A stretch of DNA of 64,000 nucleotides from Planctomycetota bacterium (GCA_016872835.1 VGYX01000007.1:9184-73183), one strand, 5' to 3'; positions 26,126 to 35,591 are shown, counted from the first letter of the stretch. The notes: generated by a model from the sequence alone, not told the origin. Numbers and translations: made by a program.

Positions 26126-27226
26126 ATGGTGCATGTGCGCTTGCTCACCGCCCTGCTGGTCCTGACCACCACGCTCACCGCGTGGGCCGAGCCACCGCAG
26201 GCCGTCCCGGCCCCCGCCCCACAACCGGGCGTGCAGGTGATCGCGGACCCGGGGGGGCTGGACTTCGGAATCGTGCCGCCGCACACGCTTCTGCAGGGCG
26301 ACTTCAAGCTGGTGAATCTTTCCGACAAGCCGCGCAAGGTGCTGCAGGCGGTGCCCAGTTGCCAGTGCACCACGATCGACATTGTTGGCAAGGAGATTCC
26401 GCCCAAGGGCACGCTGCAGGTGCCCGTCAGCATGAAGGTGAGCAGCACAGGCACCAAGACGGCGAATGTGAAGGTGATGGTCGAGGGCGAGGCGAAGCCG
26501 ATCTCGCTGGGACTGAAGGCGGAGGTCTCGTACCCGGTTCGGGTGCAGGTGGCCGATGCCAACGGCACGTTGCAGCCATTCATCGACGCGGCCGCGAATC
26601 CGGCCGCGCTGAAGGGCGTGGCGGTCGTCTCCAGTGTGGATGGCAAGCCGTTCCGTATCCGAAGCGTGCAGAACGAGGCACCCCAACTTGTGGCTGGCCA
26701 AGGCGATGCACCGCGCGCGAGCTGGCAGGTTGAGTATGAACTCCCCGGGGCGCCGTGCGATCGCGTGCCCGCCTACCTGATCGTGGAAACCGATCGGCCC
26801 GATGCGCGGCTGATTGACGCGCGCGTGCGCCACGCGTGCACGCGGATCAGCCCGGGAATTGACATCGCGGAGTTCCGTTCCAACGCCGGTGTGATGGCGG
26901 CGGGCGCCGGAGCCACGTTCGAGCTGGAGGTGAAGAAGCTCGGCCAGAACCGCATCGGCAAGATCGAGGCCCTCGATCCGCGGTTCAATGCATCGATCGT
27001 GTCGCAGCGCTCCGATGGCGCCTCCGCCATGGTCACGCTTCGAATCGAGCCTGGTCCTGACGTGCGCGGCGTGTTCCTGACACCGGTGCGGATCGTGGCC
27101 GTGGACGCGCTCGGCAACACGGTCTTCGTGCGCAAGCCAGGTGGCGCACCGGGCAGCGGCGACCCGACGGAGTCCCGAAAGGTGCCCGCGGAAGCGCAGC
27201 TGCTTGTGTTCGGCAAGGTCGAGTGA
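26126..27226 (+). CDS. Secreted DUF1573-like protein (Ig-like fold repeats)
   Basis: 366 aa. The signal peptide is MVHVRLLTALLVLTTTLTAWA. LDFGIVPPHTLLQGDFKLVNLSDKPRKVLQAVPSCQCTT..IPPKGTLQVPV fits the DUF1573 pattern (DFG....G....F...N.G..PL.I.....SC.CT). Confidence 0.6.
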   Translation: MVHVRLLTALLVLTTTLTAWAEPPQAVPAPAPQPGVQVIADPGGLDFGIVPPHTLLQGDFKLVNLSDKPRKVLQAVPSCQCTTIDIVGKEIPPKGTLQVPVSMKVSSTGTKTANVKVMVEGEAKPISLGLKAEVSYPVRVQVADANGTLQPFIDAAANPAALKGVAVVSSVDGKPFRIRSVQNEAPQLVAGQGDAPRASWQVEYELPGAPCDRVPAYLIVETDRPDARLIDARVRHACTRISPGIDIAEFRSNAGVMAAGAGATFELEVKKLGQNRIGKIEALDPRFNASIVSQRSDGASAMVTLRIEPGPDVRGVFLTPVRIVAVDALGNTVFVRKPGGAPGSGDPTESRKVPAEAQLLVFGKVE

Positions 27227-27232
27227 CGCGAT

Positions 27233-28663
27233 TCAGAACGAGACTGACACGCGGAAGGTCAGGATCCACGCGCCGCCGATGTCGTATTGCGACTGGTCGC
27301 TGGGCTGACGGACCCACTGCAGATCCGGCTGGATGCCAAGCCACGGCGTGACCTGAATGTTGTAGAAGGCTTCCGCCACGTACTCGCCCTCGCCGGGCGA
27401 GACGCCCAGATACGGCAGATTGCTCATGTGCGCGTAGGCGAACAGGAAGCCTGCGGTGTCGTTCGGGCGCGCCTCGAGAATGCCCTTCCAGTCCGCGCCA
27501 CCCATGATCGACCACTGCGATGGATTCTGCGAGGGCGGGCTCCAGCCGAATTGCCCGAAGAGTGAAAGGCCCTGCCCTTGCGTCGCACCCTCGGGCTGGA
27601 AGACGGTCTGCGAGAACGATGTATACAGGCCCCACGGACCCTCGACATCCGCGTCACCCCCTGGCGAGGGAACCATGGAGGTGTTGGGCGCGGCGGATGG
27701 GCCCGTCTGGTCGAACCAGCCGATGTTCGCATGGCCTGGGTTCTTCGCATCGCTCCAGCGGAAGTCGACCTCGCTGATCAGGAAGTAGCTGCCAGGGTTG
27801 TCCCAGAAGAAACCGCCCACCCCGCGCCGACCCGATGCAGGACCGGACTGGCCCGTGGAGGGGTCGTACCAGTTGGTGGAGCCGTCGAACATGCCGAACT
27901 TGGCGTCGATCCAGTCGATCGGTTGCAGCAGGATCTCGAATCCGCCCGCCTGGTTGGGATAGGTGGGAAGATCCTGCGCCATCACCGACGGTATGTACGC
28001 GGCAGAGTTCACGAACTGCAGGTCCGGATAGCTCACCGCGAAATCCACGTTCGCGTCGATCTTGCCGAGCTTCAGCCGCAATGCGCCATCCGCGAACGAC
28101 TGCTGGTACCAGTACTGGCCCAGTTCGGTGAAGTCCTGCGCGAACGGATACACCGCGTCCCAACCCCAGTAGTCGGGCACGTAGTCGGTGGCTAGATTCG
28201 TGGAACCCGCCTGCTGGAAGTCGATGAAGGCCTCGCCACCCTGCCAAAGTCCCATGCGACTGGTGTCGATCGACAGGTTCACATCGATCAGGTAGGGCAT
28301 CACGAAACCCTGCTTGGGCGTGTCACCCATCACGGTCGCAAGATCCAGGGTGGCGGTTCCGTTGAAGGCTACGCCCGAGTCGCTGAGCTTGTCGCGAAGT
28401 CCACCCCAGTTTCCCGTGAGGTCCGCGGTGGCCCAGGGCCATGTGCCGTTCGCGTCCGGTTCATTGAAGGTCGGGCTCTGCGGGCCCGTCGAAGTTCCCT
28501 CGGTCACGGCTTCGGGGCGCGGCGATGGCGGCGTGGGTGCCTGCTGCGGTGCAGCGTCATTGCCGACCGCGGACGCGGTGATGGCGGTGCAGAACAGGAT
28601 GGGCAGCACGCGGCGCAATGATGGAAGGGATAGCACAAGACCGATGACGCTCGCATCTACCAT
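27233..28663 (-). CDS. Carbohydrate-selective porin OprB-family outer membrane protein
   Basis: Trimmed to MVDASVIGLVLSLPSLRRVLPILFCTAITASAVG (476 aa). LTGNWGGLRDKLSDSGVAFNGT resembles the OprB N-terminal motif. There is alternating beta-strand character and a C-terminal ...RVSVSF ending in Phe. Confidence 0.55.
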   Translation of the reverse strand: MVDASVIGLVLSLPSLRRVLPILFCTAITASAVGNDAAPQQAPTPPSPRPEAVTEGTSTGPQSPTFNEPDANGTWPWATADLTGNWGGLRDKLSDSGVAFNGTATLDLATVMGDTPKQGFVMPYLIDVNLSIDTSRMGLWQGGEAFIDFQQAGSTNLATDYVPDYWGWDAVYPFAQDFTELGQYWYQQSFADGALRLKLGKIDANVDFAVSYPDLQFVNSAAYIPSVMAQDLPTYPNQAGGFEILLQPIDWIDAKFGMFDGSTNWYDPSTGQSGPASGRRGVGGFFWDNPGSYFLISEVDFRWSDAKNPGHANIGWFDQTGPSAAPNTSMVPSPGGDADVEGPWGLYTSFSQTVFQPEGATQGQGLSLFGQFGWSPPSQNPSQWSIMGGADWKGILEARPNDTAGFLFAYAHMSNLPYLGVSPGEGEYVAEAFYNIQVTPWLGIQPDLQWVRQPSDQSQYDIGGAWILTFRVSVSF

Positions 28664-28669
28664 GTCGGC

Positions 28670-30019
28670 ATGTCGACCGCATCGCTGATCGCATGGACGC
28701 TGGTGTTCGCGCTTGTGGCGCCGCAAACCGACGTGGATCGCGCGCTTCGCGATGCCCCGACCGTGCCGCTGGATGCACGCGTGGATGCGTCCAAGATCAC
28801 GTGCCTCGCCCCGCCCGGTGTGCCGGATCGCCTGACACCTCCCCCGCCCATCCTGCGACGCATCGCCGAGAACGCGGGGGACGTGCCGATCGAACCCGCG
28901 ACATTCGACGCGGCGCAAGCGTCGATCCTGCGGGGGCTCGCATTCCTGCGTGGCACGCAGTCGGCCTCCGGTGGATGGATGGAGGGAACGCCCGCGCAAG
29001 GTTCCGAGGCGCCGAAGATCTCGAAGGCCGCCTCCAGCGCGGTGACGGGCCTCGTGCTCCGCGCCTTCGCTCAGGCCGGAATGCTGGAAAGCAACGACTC
29101 TGGCGTCGCGCGCGGTGTGGCGTGGCTGATGAAGGCCTGCTGGGGAGCCGACGGCTTCGAGCCTGACGCATCCGGCGGCCTAGCGACCTATGTCGCCAGT
29201 TGCACCGCGCTCGGATTGGCTTCGCTGGATTCCGACAAGCACGCGGAACGGCTGCGTGAGGTGATCGCGTGGCTGCGTCGCGCGCAATGGGATCAGGGCG
29301 AGGGGATTGGACCGGAGCAGGACTGGTTCGGCGGCGTTGGCTACGGAAGCCGCGGCCGTCCCGACCTGAGCAACACGCAGATGATGCTGGAGGCGCTGCA
29401 CGAATCGGGCGCCAAGGCCGAGGATCCTGCCGTGCAGCGCGCGCTTGCCTTCGTGGCGCGCTGCCAGAACATGCGCTCTGAGGGTGGTGCGGCATGGGCC
29501 AACGCCGGTGGTGCCGACGGCGGCTTCGTGTACACGGTGGCCAACGGCGGCGAGAGCTTCGCAAGCGAGGCGGCTGGCGAGGGTCGATTCGGCGAGAAGA
29601 TGCGGGAAGGCACGCGCGCGCTTCGCAGCTACGGAAGCATGACCTACGCGGGCTACAAGAGCATGCTGTTCGCAGGCTTGCGGCGCGACGATCCGCGCGT
29701 ACTGGCGGCACTCGACTGGGCGCGCGCGCACTGGAGCATGCAGGAGAATCCGGGGTTGGGAAAGCAGGGACTTTTCTACTACCGGCTTGCGCTGGCGCGC
29801 GGACTCGCCGCATCCGGCCGCGACACCATTCAGGACGCCGGCGGCACGCCGCACGATTGGCGCACGGAACTTGTCGACGCGCTGGTCGCGGCACAGCGAC
29901 CGGACGGCAGCTGGATCAACGATCAGGACCGCTGGATGGAGGGAGAGCCGGCGCTGGTGACCGCGTACGCGGTGCTGGCGCTGGAAGAGGCGATCAAGCC
30001 CTCGCGGCAGTCGCAGTGA
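28670..30019 (+). CDS. Secreted prenyltransferase/squalene-oxidase-repeat (terpenoid cyclase-like alpha/alpha toroid) protein
   Basis: 449 aa. The signal-like N-terminus is MSTASLIAWTLVFALVAP. Recurrent Q..(D/G)G(S/G)W-type repeats occur: TQSASGGW, RAQWDQGEG, RCQNMRSEGGAW, AQRPDGSW. Confidence 0.6.
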   Translation: MSTASLIAWTLVFALVAPQTDVDRALRDAPTVPLDARVDASKITCLAPPGVPDRLTPPPPILRRIAENAGDVPIEPATFDAAQASILRGLAFLRGTQSASGGWMEGTPAQGSEAPKISKAASSAVTGLVLRAFAQAGMLESNDSGVARGVAWLMKACWGADGFEPDASGGLATYVASCTALGLASLDSDKHAERLREVIAWLRRAQWDQGEGIGPEQDWFGGVGYGSRGRPDLSNTQMMLEALHESGAKAEDPAVQRALAFVARCQNMRSEGGAAWANAGGADGGFVYTVANGGESFASEAAGEGRFGEKMREGTRALRSYGSMTYAGYKSMLFAGLRRDDPRVLAALDWARAHWSMQENPGLGKQGLFYYRLALARGLAASGRDTIQDAGGTPHDWRTELVDALVAAQRPDGSWINDQDRWMEGEPALVTAYAVLALEEAIKPSRQSQ

Positions 30020-31460
30020 GGACTGGCTCGGCCGCGACCAGTCGACGGCTCCACACCGCGCCCTGCAGGGTGATCATGAGGAGCAGCGCGCCCGTGGCTT
30101 GATGGGCACTGGTCGAGATCACTTCCCAGCCGGGAATCGCGGAGCCCTTGCGCATCATCACCGCACCCCACGCGATGAAGCCAAGCAGCACCTGTACCGC
30201 GACCACGATGGCCATCGAGGTTCCACAGCGACCGAGTGGCGACAGATTGCCCTGCGTGCGTGCGACACCAGAGAGACGACTCGCCGAGAGCAGCACCACG
30301 ATCACCGCCACCACGGCGAAACCCAGGTGTCCATGCATGGCCCAGACCGGGTGCACGATCCGCGCGTCGGCCTCGGTGGGCGAGACCTGCAGATGGCGGT
30401 AGGCCGCGCCAAGAAAGAGCTGCAACAGCAGGATCACAGGCGCGATGCCCGCAAGAGCTCGAATCGAGGCGCCCGCGTCCATGACGATCGCTGGCGTGGG
30501 CGCGACCCACCGCGCGCTCATGCAGGCGGCCAGCACCGCCACCGTGGCGAAGACGATCTGACCGAACACGCCATGCGCGATCGCGAGCGCGATGCTGGGC
30601 TGCAGCAGCGATGGATCCTGCGCAAGCGTGGGCGTGCCGGTGACGCGAAGACCTCCCATCAGGCCCTGCACGCACACCGCCAGCAGCACCAAGGTCGCCA
30701 ACCAACGCACCCACGCGCGCGATTCGTGTCGCCAGCAGAGCGCGGTCAGCGTGAAGGTGGTCAGACCGACCAGCATGCCGAAGAGGCGATGCGCGTGCTC
30801 GTAATAGACTCCGCCCTTCATCTGGCTGACCGGATACAGGAGCATGTTGTGACCGAAGGAGTTCGGCCAGTCGGGCACCGCGAGTCCCGCCTCGAGTCCG
30901 GTGACCAGGCCTCCCGTGACAAGCAGCAGGAAGATGGTCGCGGCATTCACCAGCGCGAACAGCGAGAGCGGTGGCGGCAGGCGACCGGGAATCTCGGGCA
31001 TACGGCGCGCCAATGCGCCACCGATCCCGGCCAGCGCGCCACTGCCAATCAGCAGGGCGACGCTCCAAGCCACCGACTCGAGGACCATCGCGCGAGCGTC
31101 CTTGCCACCCACCACGCTTCCGACGATGAGCAGGTTGACCACGCCACACACCAGACCAGCCGCGATGGGCCCCGCCTGACCGCGTGCATGGCGCACAGCG
31201 ACGAATCCAACGCAGACAGGCGCCAGCAGCGTGAGCGCGAAGAGGGCCTCGCCTATCCAGAAACCCACGCCCAGCATGGCGATGTAGGCGATCCCCCACT
31301 GCGTCGCGGCGCCCGCGAAGCCAAGCGCAAGCGTGTAGGGCCGCACCCGGCCCGCGAGCACGGCGAAGACGCCAAGTGCGCCCGCAACGAACGTGATCCC
31401 AGCGAGCAGCGCGATACCCGGGGACATGGAGGCGGGGGGCACGGCGACGGGTTCAATCAT
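29994..31460 (-). CDS. ctaA: Heme A synthase (COX15/CtaA family) with an extra N-terminal multi-TM region of about 170 aa
   Basis: 488 aa. The core has LAVPDWPNSFG, YYEHAHRLFGMLVG, AIAHGVFGQIVFA, HGHLGFAVV and SAHQATGALLL (conserved His-bearing helices). The first 170 aa or so form additional hydrophobic helices. Confidence 0.78.
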   Translation of the reverse strand: MIEPVAVPPASMSPGIALLAGITFVAGALGVFAVLAGRVRPYTLALGFAGAATQWGIAYIAMLGVGFWIGEALFALTLLAPVCVGFVAVRHARGQAGPIAAGLVCGVVNLLIVGSVVGGKDARAMVLESVAWSVALLIGSGALAGIGGALARRMPEIPGRLPPPLSLFALVNAATIFLLLVTGGLVTGLEAGLAVPDWPNSFGHNMLLYPVSQMKGGVYYEHAHRLFGMLVGLTTFTLTALCWRHESRAWVRWLATLVLLAVCVQGLMGGLRVTGTPTLAQDPSLLQPSIALAIAHGVFGQIVFATVAVLAACMSARWVAPTPAIVMDAGASIRALAGIAPVILLLQLFLGAAYRHLQVSPTEADARIVHPVWAMHGHLGFAVVAVIVVLLSASRLSGVARTQGNLSPLGRCGTSMAIVVAVQVLLGFIAWGAVMMRKGSAIPGWEVISTSAHQATGALLLMITLQGAVWSRRLVAAEPVLTATAARA

Positions 31461-31497
31461 GGGTCCCTATGGTAGACCTCCCCTGCCGGCCCGTCGC

Positions 31498-32445
31498 ATG
31501 AACTTCCCCGCAGACATCTCCGTGCAGAAGCCCCCAAGCCGGGCCGATGACTGGACGGCGCTGGTGAAGGCGCGATTGAGCCTGATGGTGCTTGCCACCA
31601 CGCTGGTGGGCTTCTTGGTGGCCGTGCCGGGCTCGGTGGACTGGCAGCGATTGCTCTGGACGCTGGGCGGCACATTCCTGTCCGCGGCGGCGGCGGCGGT
31701 GCTGAATCAGGCGATCGAGGTTCGCCATGACGCACGCATGCATCGGACCGCCAACCGGCCCGTCGCAGCCGGTCGAATGAGCGTGACATGGGCGGTAGTC
31801 GTTGGGTTCGCTCTTGGCTATGCCGGTTGCTTCATGCTGGCGATGCGCGCGAACCTGCTGGCCTGCGGACTCTCCGCAGTCACGATCGTGCTGTACGCCG
31901 GGGTGTATACGCCCTTGAAGCGCGTCTCCACGTTGAACACCGTGGTTGGCGCGGTGGTGGGCGCCATTCCACCGATGATCGGTTGGGCCGCCGCGAGCGG
32001 CGGACTGCAGCGTGGTGCGTGGGTGCTCGCGGTGCTGCTGTTCACATGGCAGCTGCCGCACTTCTTCGCGCTGGCTTGGCGGCATCGAGAGGACTACGAG
32101 CGTGGCGGATTTCGCATGCTTCCCTCCGTGTCCGGCGGTGAATTGATTGCGGCGCAGACCAGCGTACTGGGGTCACTGCTGCTGGTTCCGATCGGTCTGA
32201 TGGCCACGCTGCTGGGGCTGGCGGGGCTCACAAGCGCGGTCGTGTGCGCGCTCGCTGGACTCGCCATGACCTGGTTCGCGGTGGCGCACCTGCGGCGTCT
32301 GGATCGCGACACCGCACGCAACCTGTTCCTGATGAGTCTGGTGTACCTGCCCGTGGTGCTGCTGGCGCTTGCGCTGGATCGAGGACCGACTTCCGGCATG
32401 GCCGGCGTGCGTGGCGGACGGACCGTGCTGCAGGAAACGCCATGA
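31498..32445 (+). CDS. ctaB: Protoheme IX farnesyltransferase (heme O synthase)
   Basis: Trimmed to MNFPADIS.. (315 aa). UbiA-family motifs are AAAAVLNQAIEVRHDARMHRTANRP and YTPLKRVSTLNTVVGAVVGAIPPMIGWAA. Confidence 0.85.
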   Translation: MNFPADISVQKPPSRADDWTALVKARLSLMVLATTLVGFLVAVPGSVDWQRLLWTLGGTFLSAAAAAVLNQAIEVRHDARMHRTANRPVAAGRMSVTWAVVVGFALGYAGCFMLAMRANLLACGLSAVTIVLYAGVYTPLKRVSTLNTVVGAVVGAIPPMIGWAAASGGLQRGAWVLAVLLFTWQLPHFFALAWRHREDYERGGFRMLPSVSGGELIAAQTSVLGSLLLVPIGLMATLLGLAGLTSAVVCALAGLAMTWFAVAHLRRLDRDTARNLFLMSLVYLPVVLLALALDRGPTSGMAGVRGGRTVLQETP

Positions 32446-33491
32446 GCCGGCCCCCTGACGTGCCCGCGACGGGGCCGCGCCGACTGCGATTTCGCGAGGG
32501 TGGATGGGTGATTCTGTTGGCTGTCGCGGTGTCGATCACGCTGCTGGCGTGGGCACTCTCGGGCGTGCTGACGGGACATCGGCCCAAGGGGGATGGCCGA
32601 ACCGTGGAGAGCTACGGCTTCGACCTGTCGAACCAGCGGCTGGAGGGTGGCGCGCTGGTCGCAAGCGGAAATCCACGCGACTTTCTTCCGCCACTCGATG
32701 CGCCACGCACCATGGCCGGCTTCGAGATGCAGGGCTGGAACGAGACACATCGCACCAAGCTGGTCGTGAGCGACGATCGCGTGATCGGTGTGGTCGTGGG
32801 CGGCGAGGCCCGTGCCTACCCAGTGCGCGTGATGAACGTGCACGAGGTCTGCAACGACACGCTTGGTGGAATGCCGATCGCGGTCACCTTCAGCCCGCTG
32901 TGCGACGCGGCCGTGGCCTTCGATCGGCGCGTGGACGGGCGCGAGCGCCTGTTCGCGGTGAGCGGACTGTTGCTTGACTCGAATCTGGTGCTGTATGACC
33001 GAAGTGACACGCCGAGCCTCTGGAGCCAGATGGGCCTCAGCGCGATCGCAGGACCTGAAGCCGCACGCGGAGTCACGCTGCGGCAACTTCCGGATGTGCA
33101 GCTGTGCACCTGGAAGCACTGGCTTGCGATGCATCCTCGCACGGATGTGGTACTGCCCGATCCCGATGATGCACGCCGCATGAAGCAGTTCAGTTACAGC
33201 CGCTACCTGCTGAGTCCGCGCCTGGACTTCCCGGTCGCGCGCTGGCGGGACCCGGGTGACATGGCCGCCAAGACGCCCGTGATTGTCCTGCGTCGCGGCG
33301 AGGCGTTGAGGGAAATCCTGCTGGCGGACGCCGCCACGGGCATGCCGCCGTTCGAGCTTGGTGACGCGACGATCGAGGTGGATGCGCAGGCGAAGCCTGC
33401 GTCGGTGTTGTTCCGCACACGCGACGGCTCGCCCCTGCTGGTGACCCCCTGCCTGCACTTCGCCAAGGTGGCGTTCACGCCGCAGCGTTGA
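32442..33491 (+). CDS. DUF3179 family protein (N-terminal TM anchor)
   Basis: The ATG overlaps the ctaB stop (ATGA). 349 aa. GGEARAYPVRVMNVHEVCNDTLGGMPIAVTFSPLCDAAVAFDRR..LFAVSGLLLDSNLVLYDRSDTPSLWSQ fits the DUF3179 pattern. Confidence 0.65.
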   Translation: MSRPPDVPATGPRRLRFREGGWVILLAVAVSITLLAWALSGVLTGHRPKGDGRTVESYGFDLSNQRLEGGALVASGNPRDFLPPLDAPRTMAGFEMQGWNETHRTKLVVSDDRVIGVVVGGEARAYPVRVMNVHEVCNDTLGGMPIAVTFSPLCDAAVAFDRRVDGRERLFAVSGLLLDSNLVLYDRSDTPSLWSQMGLSAIAGPEAARGVTLRQLPDVQLCTWKHWLAMHPRTDVVLPDPDDARRMKQFSYSRYLLSPRLDFPVARWRDPGDMAAKTPVIVLRRGEALREILLADAATGMPPFELGDATIEVDAQAKPASVLFRTRDGSPLLVTPCLHFAKVAFTPQR

Positions 33492-34098
33492 GCGATCCAA
33501 GCCACAGCGTGGCATAAAGCACCAGCCACACTGCGTCGAGGAAGTGCCAGTACATGGCGCAGTACACGGCGCCCTCGGGATGCTCCGGGCTGTAGCGGCC
33601 CGAGCGCGCACGCCACCACACCACGACGAGCGGCACGAGACCGCCGATCACGTGGGCAGCGTGCAGTCCCGTGAGCACGTAGAACGTCCAGGCATACAGA
33701 CTGTCCTCGATCCGAAGCTCGGCGCGCCACAGATCCAGCCACGCCCACGCCTGCAACGACAGAAAACCGATCGCAAGCGCAAGCGTGAGACCCGCGAGTC
33801 GCGCCGCCCGACGCTGTAAACCCTGCCGGATCGCACGCACCGTGCCATGCATGGCGGCACTGCTTGCCATCAGCGCACCCGTCGAGAGCAGCAGCAGATG
33901 CGGCAATCCAGGCGCATCCAGCGGCCGGAACGGCTCGGCAGGGTCGGGATTCAGCCGCACCACCAGATACCCCAAGATCGTGGCCACGAAAAGGACTCCC
34001 AGCGTGATCAGGAAGAGCCACATCCCGAACACTCCCGCCGCATGTCGTGCGCGCGGGGCGTCGAACGGATCCACGACGGTGGCGGTCTTCACCGCCAC
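33475..34098 (-). CDS. Second cytochrome c oxidase subunit III-like membrane protein
   Basis: The ORF track runs to 34182 but overlaps coxIV by 68 nt. GTG 34098 has GGAG 9 nt upstream (207 aa). Motifs are GMWLFLITLGVLF, YVLTGLHAAHVIGG and YWHFLDAVWLVLY. Confidence 0.7.
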   Translation of the reverse strand: MAVKTATVVDPFDAPRARHAAGVFGMWLFLITLGVLFVATILGYLVVRLNPDPAEPFRPLDAPGLPHLLLLSTGALMASSAAMHGTVRAIRQGLQRRAARLAGLTLALAIGFLSLQAWAWLDLWRAELRIEDSLYAWTFYVLTGLHAAHVIGGLVPLVVVWWRARSGRYSPEHPEGAVYCAMYWHFLDAVWLVLYATLWLGSLNAAA

Positions 34099-34114
34099 GA
34101 CACCGGACTCCAGT

Positions 34115-34534
34115 TCACGGGCTGTACGGCGTGTAGCGGGCGACCGGTGCGCCCGGAGCGTTGGCCTGCAGCGTCGCTTCAACTTCTGGCGGATTTCCCA
34201 CGAACTGCGTGGGGCGGTACTGCGCGGTGTCCATCATGCAGAAGGCCATCATGAGGATCACGAAGACCATGCTGCCGACGAAGGTGAGCAGGTTGAATGG
34301 CCGATCCCACTTCAGGTGCATGAAGAACAGCGCCACCAGAGTCGCCTTGATCACGGCGACGCCCAGGGCGATCACCATGTTGAACTCGCCGACATCGATG
34401 TAACGAACCGCCACCGTGATCGCGGTCAGCACCAGCAGCGCGCCGCCGACGGCGAACAGGATCCACATCGGGACCAGATGGCCAACCAGCGGATGTGGCT
34501 CGTGCTTGGAATCGTGGGCGGTGCCGTGTGCCAT
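34115..34534 (-). CDS. Cytochrome c oxidase subunit IV (prokaryotic COX4/CtaF-type)
   Basis: 139 aa. GAGGA lies 6 nt upstream of the ATG. There are three TM helices with VIKATLVALFFMHLKWD, typical of the family. Confidence 0.72.
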   Translation of the reverse strand: MAHGTAHDSKHEPHPLVGHLVPMWILFAVGGALLVLTAITVAVRYIDVGEFNMVIALGVAVIKATLVALFFMHLKWDRPFNLLTFVGSMVFVILMMAFCMMDTAQYRPTQFVGNPPEVEATLQANAPGAPVARYTPYSP

Positions 34535-34553
34535 GAGGGTCCTCGCGACCGGA

Positions 34554-35591
34554 TCAGTGGATCAGGTAGAAGAGTGGGAAGAGGAAGATCCAGACGAGAT
34601 CGACGATGTGCCAGTAGAGGCCGCCGACGTCGACTGGAGTGAAATAGTTGCTGTTGAAATCACCGCGTGCCCCACGCCAGATCAGCCAGGCCAGCATCAC
34701 CATGCCCGCCAGCACGTGAATGCCGTGCAAGCCAGTCATGCAGTAGTAGATGGCGAAGAAGAGGTGCGTGTTGGCCGGCATCTTTGGATCGGCCAGGTGC
34801 ATCGAGGGATGCGCGAAGGCCGGATCGTTGTCTGCGACTGGCAGGCCCTCGGCAGTCGCCTGCTCGCGAACGCTTGCGAGGCCACCTGGAGCCGCTGCGG
34901 CAGGCTTGATGGCACTCGCCTCGACCGGCGGTGTGGACACGAGAGACGCCACGGATGGCGCCGCAGGATTCGCCACGGTCAGCGCAACTGGGGCGGGCGC
35001 AGGTGCGGTGCTGATGACCTTGGCCTCCTCGGCCCCCGCCTGATCCGGTGGCGGCACGTAGAAGGACTTGCCCCACACCAGATGTTCGTGGATCTTGTGG
35101 CTGTACTCGAAGTACTTGATCACCATGAAGCCCACGGCGCCCATGAAGGTGAGCACCAGACACCACACCATCGCTTTCGTGCGGTTGGTCTGCGCGAAAC
35201 GCACGGCCAGCGCCATCGTGAGGCTGCTCAGGATGAGCACGCAGGTGTTGACGCCACCCATGAGCGTGTCCAGGTAGTGGCTCGCGTAACTGAAGACCTC
35301 GGGGAAGCGGCTGCGCAGCACCGCGTACGCCACGAAAAGGCCTCCGAAGAACAGCACCTCGGTCGCCAGAAACAGCCACATACCGAGCTTCGCACTGTCG
35401 AACTGGTGCGCAGGTGTGTCGAAATGGTGCTGCAGGAACGGATACTTGGCATGATCGCCATGCCCGTGGGCGTCATGCCCGTGCGCCTCGTGAGCGGTTG
35501 CCTGACTGGTGTGGAGGGTGCTCACGGCAAGGTCCTTGGTGCGATCAGTGGAGCGGATTTCGTGCAGCCTCGGCCGCAAGCGCCGGGTCAT
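34554..35591 (-). CDS. ctaE: Cytochrome c oxidase subunit III with a low-complexity loop insertion of about 95 aa
   Basis: Motifs are [32 protein letters not shown] and, at the C-terminus, [15 protein letters not shown]...[19 protein letters not shown]. The start is uncertain: ATG 35591 overlaps ctaD by 47 nt, and GTG 35525 is an alternative. Confidence 0.8.
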   Translation of the reverse strand: MTRRLRPRLHEIRSTDRTKDLAVSTLHTSQATAHEAHGHDAHGHGDHAKYPFLQHHFDTPAHQFDSAKLGMWLFLATEVLFFGGLFVAYAVLRSRFPEVFSYASHYLDTLMGGVNTCVLILSSLTMALAVRFAQTNRTKAMVWCLVLTFMGAVGFMVIKYFEYSHKIHEHLVWGKSFYVPPPDQAGAEEAKVISTAPAPAPVALTVANPAAPSVASLVSTPPVEASAIKPAAAAPGGLASVREQATAEGLPVADNDPAFAHPSMHLADPKMPANTHLFFAIYYCMTGLHGIHVLAGMVMLAWLIWRGARGDFNSNYFTPVDVGGLYWHIVDLVWIFLFPLFYLIH

